64,000 nucleotides of DNA, taken from positions 1,178,001-1,242,000 of the forward strand of contig NIVC01000031.1 of the NCBI GenBank assembly GCA_002269645.1, read 5' to 3'. Under the pieces are notes generated by a model. That model had not been told where the DNA came from. It saw only the letters and a program-made list of their open reading frames with translations, and did no database searches. Origin of the DNA: Macrostomum lignano. Lineage: Eukaryota. Shown here in pieces: positions 62,281-64,000 of the stretch. How positions within the stretch are numbered: the stretch's first letter is position 1; every line of letters begins with the position of its first letter. The position numbers and the translations under genes are program-made.

Positions 62281-62664
62281 TCGTTCCCATCGTCATTGTC
62301 GAACCGTTTGATATTGTAACTACAAAATCGAACTAAATTTTTGCTCAAAACATTTTAATTTTTACATATTTACAATTTTACTAACATGTAATTTTTTCTC
62401 TTTTTGCGTTTTAAGCACAAATGTGTTAAAGTGGTAATAACAAGTTTTTCAGGTGATACAGAAGCTAATATATTTTGGGGCAATAAAATTAACATTTTTG
62501 AGCAAAGCTGCTCGTGGTTTTCAGAAGGTGAAATTTTCTGTTTTAATATCAAATAGTGGTCTAGTAATAAAACAAATATAAAAAATATACTAGAGTAACT
62601 TAACACTTTCAGTCAATACAGTATTTGTGCAGGTACGAGTACATACTTGGGTTAATAACATCAA

Positions 62665-63280
62665 TCTAGTGACTCATGCTCAAGAACATCTCTCTATGGT
62701 GACTCATGCTCGGGAACATCTCGATCTCTCTATGGTGACTCATGCTCGGGAACATCTCTCTATGGTGACTCATGCTCGGGAACATCTCTCTATGGTGACT
62801 CATGCTCGGGAACACCTCTCTCTTTGGTGACTCATGCTCGGGAACATCTCTCTATGGTGACTCATGCTCGGGAACATCTCTCTATGGTGACTCATGCTCG
62901 GGAACACCTCTCTCTTTGGTGACTCATGCTCGGGAACATCTCTCTATGGTGACTCATGCTCGGGAACATCTCTCTATGGTGACTCATGCTCGGGAACATC
63001 TCTCTATGGTGACTCATGCTCGGGAACATCTCTCTATGGTGACTCATGCTCGGGAACATCTCTCTATGGTGACTCATGCTCGGGAACATCTCTCTATGGT
63101 GACTCATGCTCGGGAACACCTCTCTCTTTGGTGACTCATGCTCGGGAACATCTCTCTATGGTGACTCATGCTCGGGAACATCTCTCTATGGTGACTCATG
63201 CTCGGGAACATCTCTCTGATGGTGACTCATGCTCGGGAACATCTCTCTGATGGTGACTCATGCTCGGAAACATGTCTCTG
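62665..63280. repeat. 30-bp minisatellite x~20, each unit containing TGACTCA
   Basis: Unit CTCTATGGTGACTCATGCTCGGGAACATCT. Confidence 0.95.
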
Positions 63281-63383
63281 ATGGTTCACGGCTACAAATT
63301 AGTGCTGTAAAATTATATCATAATAATTTAGTTTCATTGTAAAATCTTTAGGAAAAGCATGGTTTCAAACTTTCGAAGTGTTG

Positions 63384-64000
63384 TCAGCCATCGCTCAGAA
63401 ACTCGTGCTGGAGCAGTTCCTCGGTATCCGCCCGGCCCCTGGGATCCCTCAGCACGCAACGCAGGTAGAAATCCCACAGACTGCCTGAGACACTTCTTGG
63501 TAGATCTGGCATAGCGCAGTTGATGATCCTGTCTGGGATCAGGGTGAAATCCAGCTCACCATTGGGAGGATCCATGGTTAGCATTTCGAAAATGGTGCAG
63601 CCAAACGCCCACACGTCACTCTTGGGCGAGTACACGATTGTGGTCTCGTTGCTGAACAGCTCGGGGCCATGAAACAGACGGTGCCACAGAAAGTGTAGCT
63701 GCCAACGATGCTAGTGAGAATCTCCTTGGCCAGACCGAAATCGATTAGCTTGATGACGCCTTTGTGGTTGAGCATGATATTGCTGCACTTGATGTCCCGG
63801 TGCAGCGTGGCTGGATCGCGATTGTGCAGGTAGTTGAGGGCTGTGCAAATCTGTAAAATCGAGTAATAGTTTTGATAACATGAATGAAGGCAAGCATTAT
63901 AATACAACTTGTTTAAATCAAAACTTAATGCTCACTTGTCTTGAAAAGTCCTTGACAGCAGATTCATCAAACGGCTTTTGCTGCTTCTGCATCAAATCAT
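63384..64000 (-). CDS. Ser/Thr protein kinase (STE/MAP3K-like), 3' part only; 1-bp frameshift at the APE motif (sequencing error or pseudogene)
   Basis: Exons (-) >64000-63936 and 63850-63384, with an 85-bp GT-AG intron. [13 protein letters not shown]|[31 protein letters not shown], then a frame change to [34 protein letters not shown]. Confidence 0.85.

Noticed and set aside
60712-62348. Pro/Ser/Leu-rich and Glu/Arg-rich ORFs (extensin-like appearance)
   Set aside because: CT-rich minisatellite open in all frames; no coding support.

Overview
This is eukaryotic (metazoan) genomic DNA, gene-dense and saturated with tandem repeats. The gene set, GT-AG introns filled with minisatellites, and splice acceptors just upstream of start codons suggest the flatworm Macrostomum lignano (inference, not verified). 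I hand-assembled 11 genes; all 10 complete models sum to a multiple of 3. Nine consecutive genes are on the + strand: C8orf34-like, RETREG/FAM134-like, two tandem SDR16C/RDH10-like genes, a ~1200-aa ankyrin-repeat protein, RAB5IF, THUMPD3, Ttd14-like, and a secreted PAN + ALK/LTK-type glycine-rich protein. Two are on the - strand: a paralog of the PAN/Gly-rich gene and the 3' part of a Ser/Thr kinase with a 1-bp frameshift. Mobile DNA comprises a 1486-bp Mutator-like foldback element with a perfect 9-bp TSD, two tRNA-derived SINE families (one with a MIR-like CORE domain) and a decayed non-LTR retrotransposon. Most long ORFs in the supplied track are minisatellite read-through artefacts. The most interesting signals are: (1) a convergent pair of secreted, receptor-less ALK/LTK glycine-rich-domain proteins fused to a PAN domain; (2) mirror-image minisatellite arms enclosing the last RETREG exon; (3) an operon-like same-strand run with candidate trans-splice acceptors; (4) patchwork gene conversion between the SDR copies that spares the catalytic segment; (5) a minisatellite made of in-frame 5' splice sites; (6) arrays built from nuclear-receptor and AP-1 sites.
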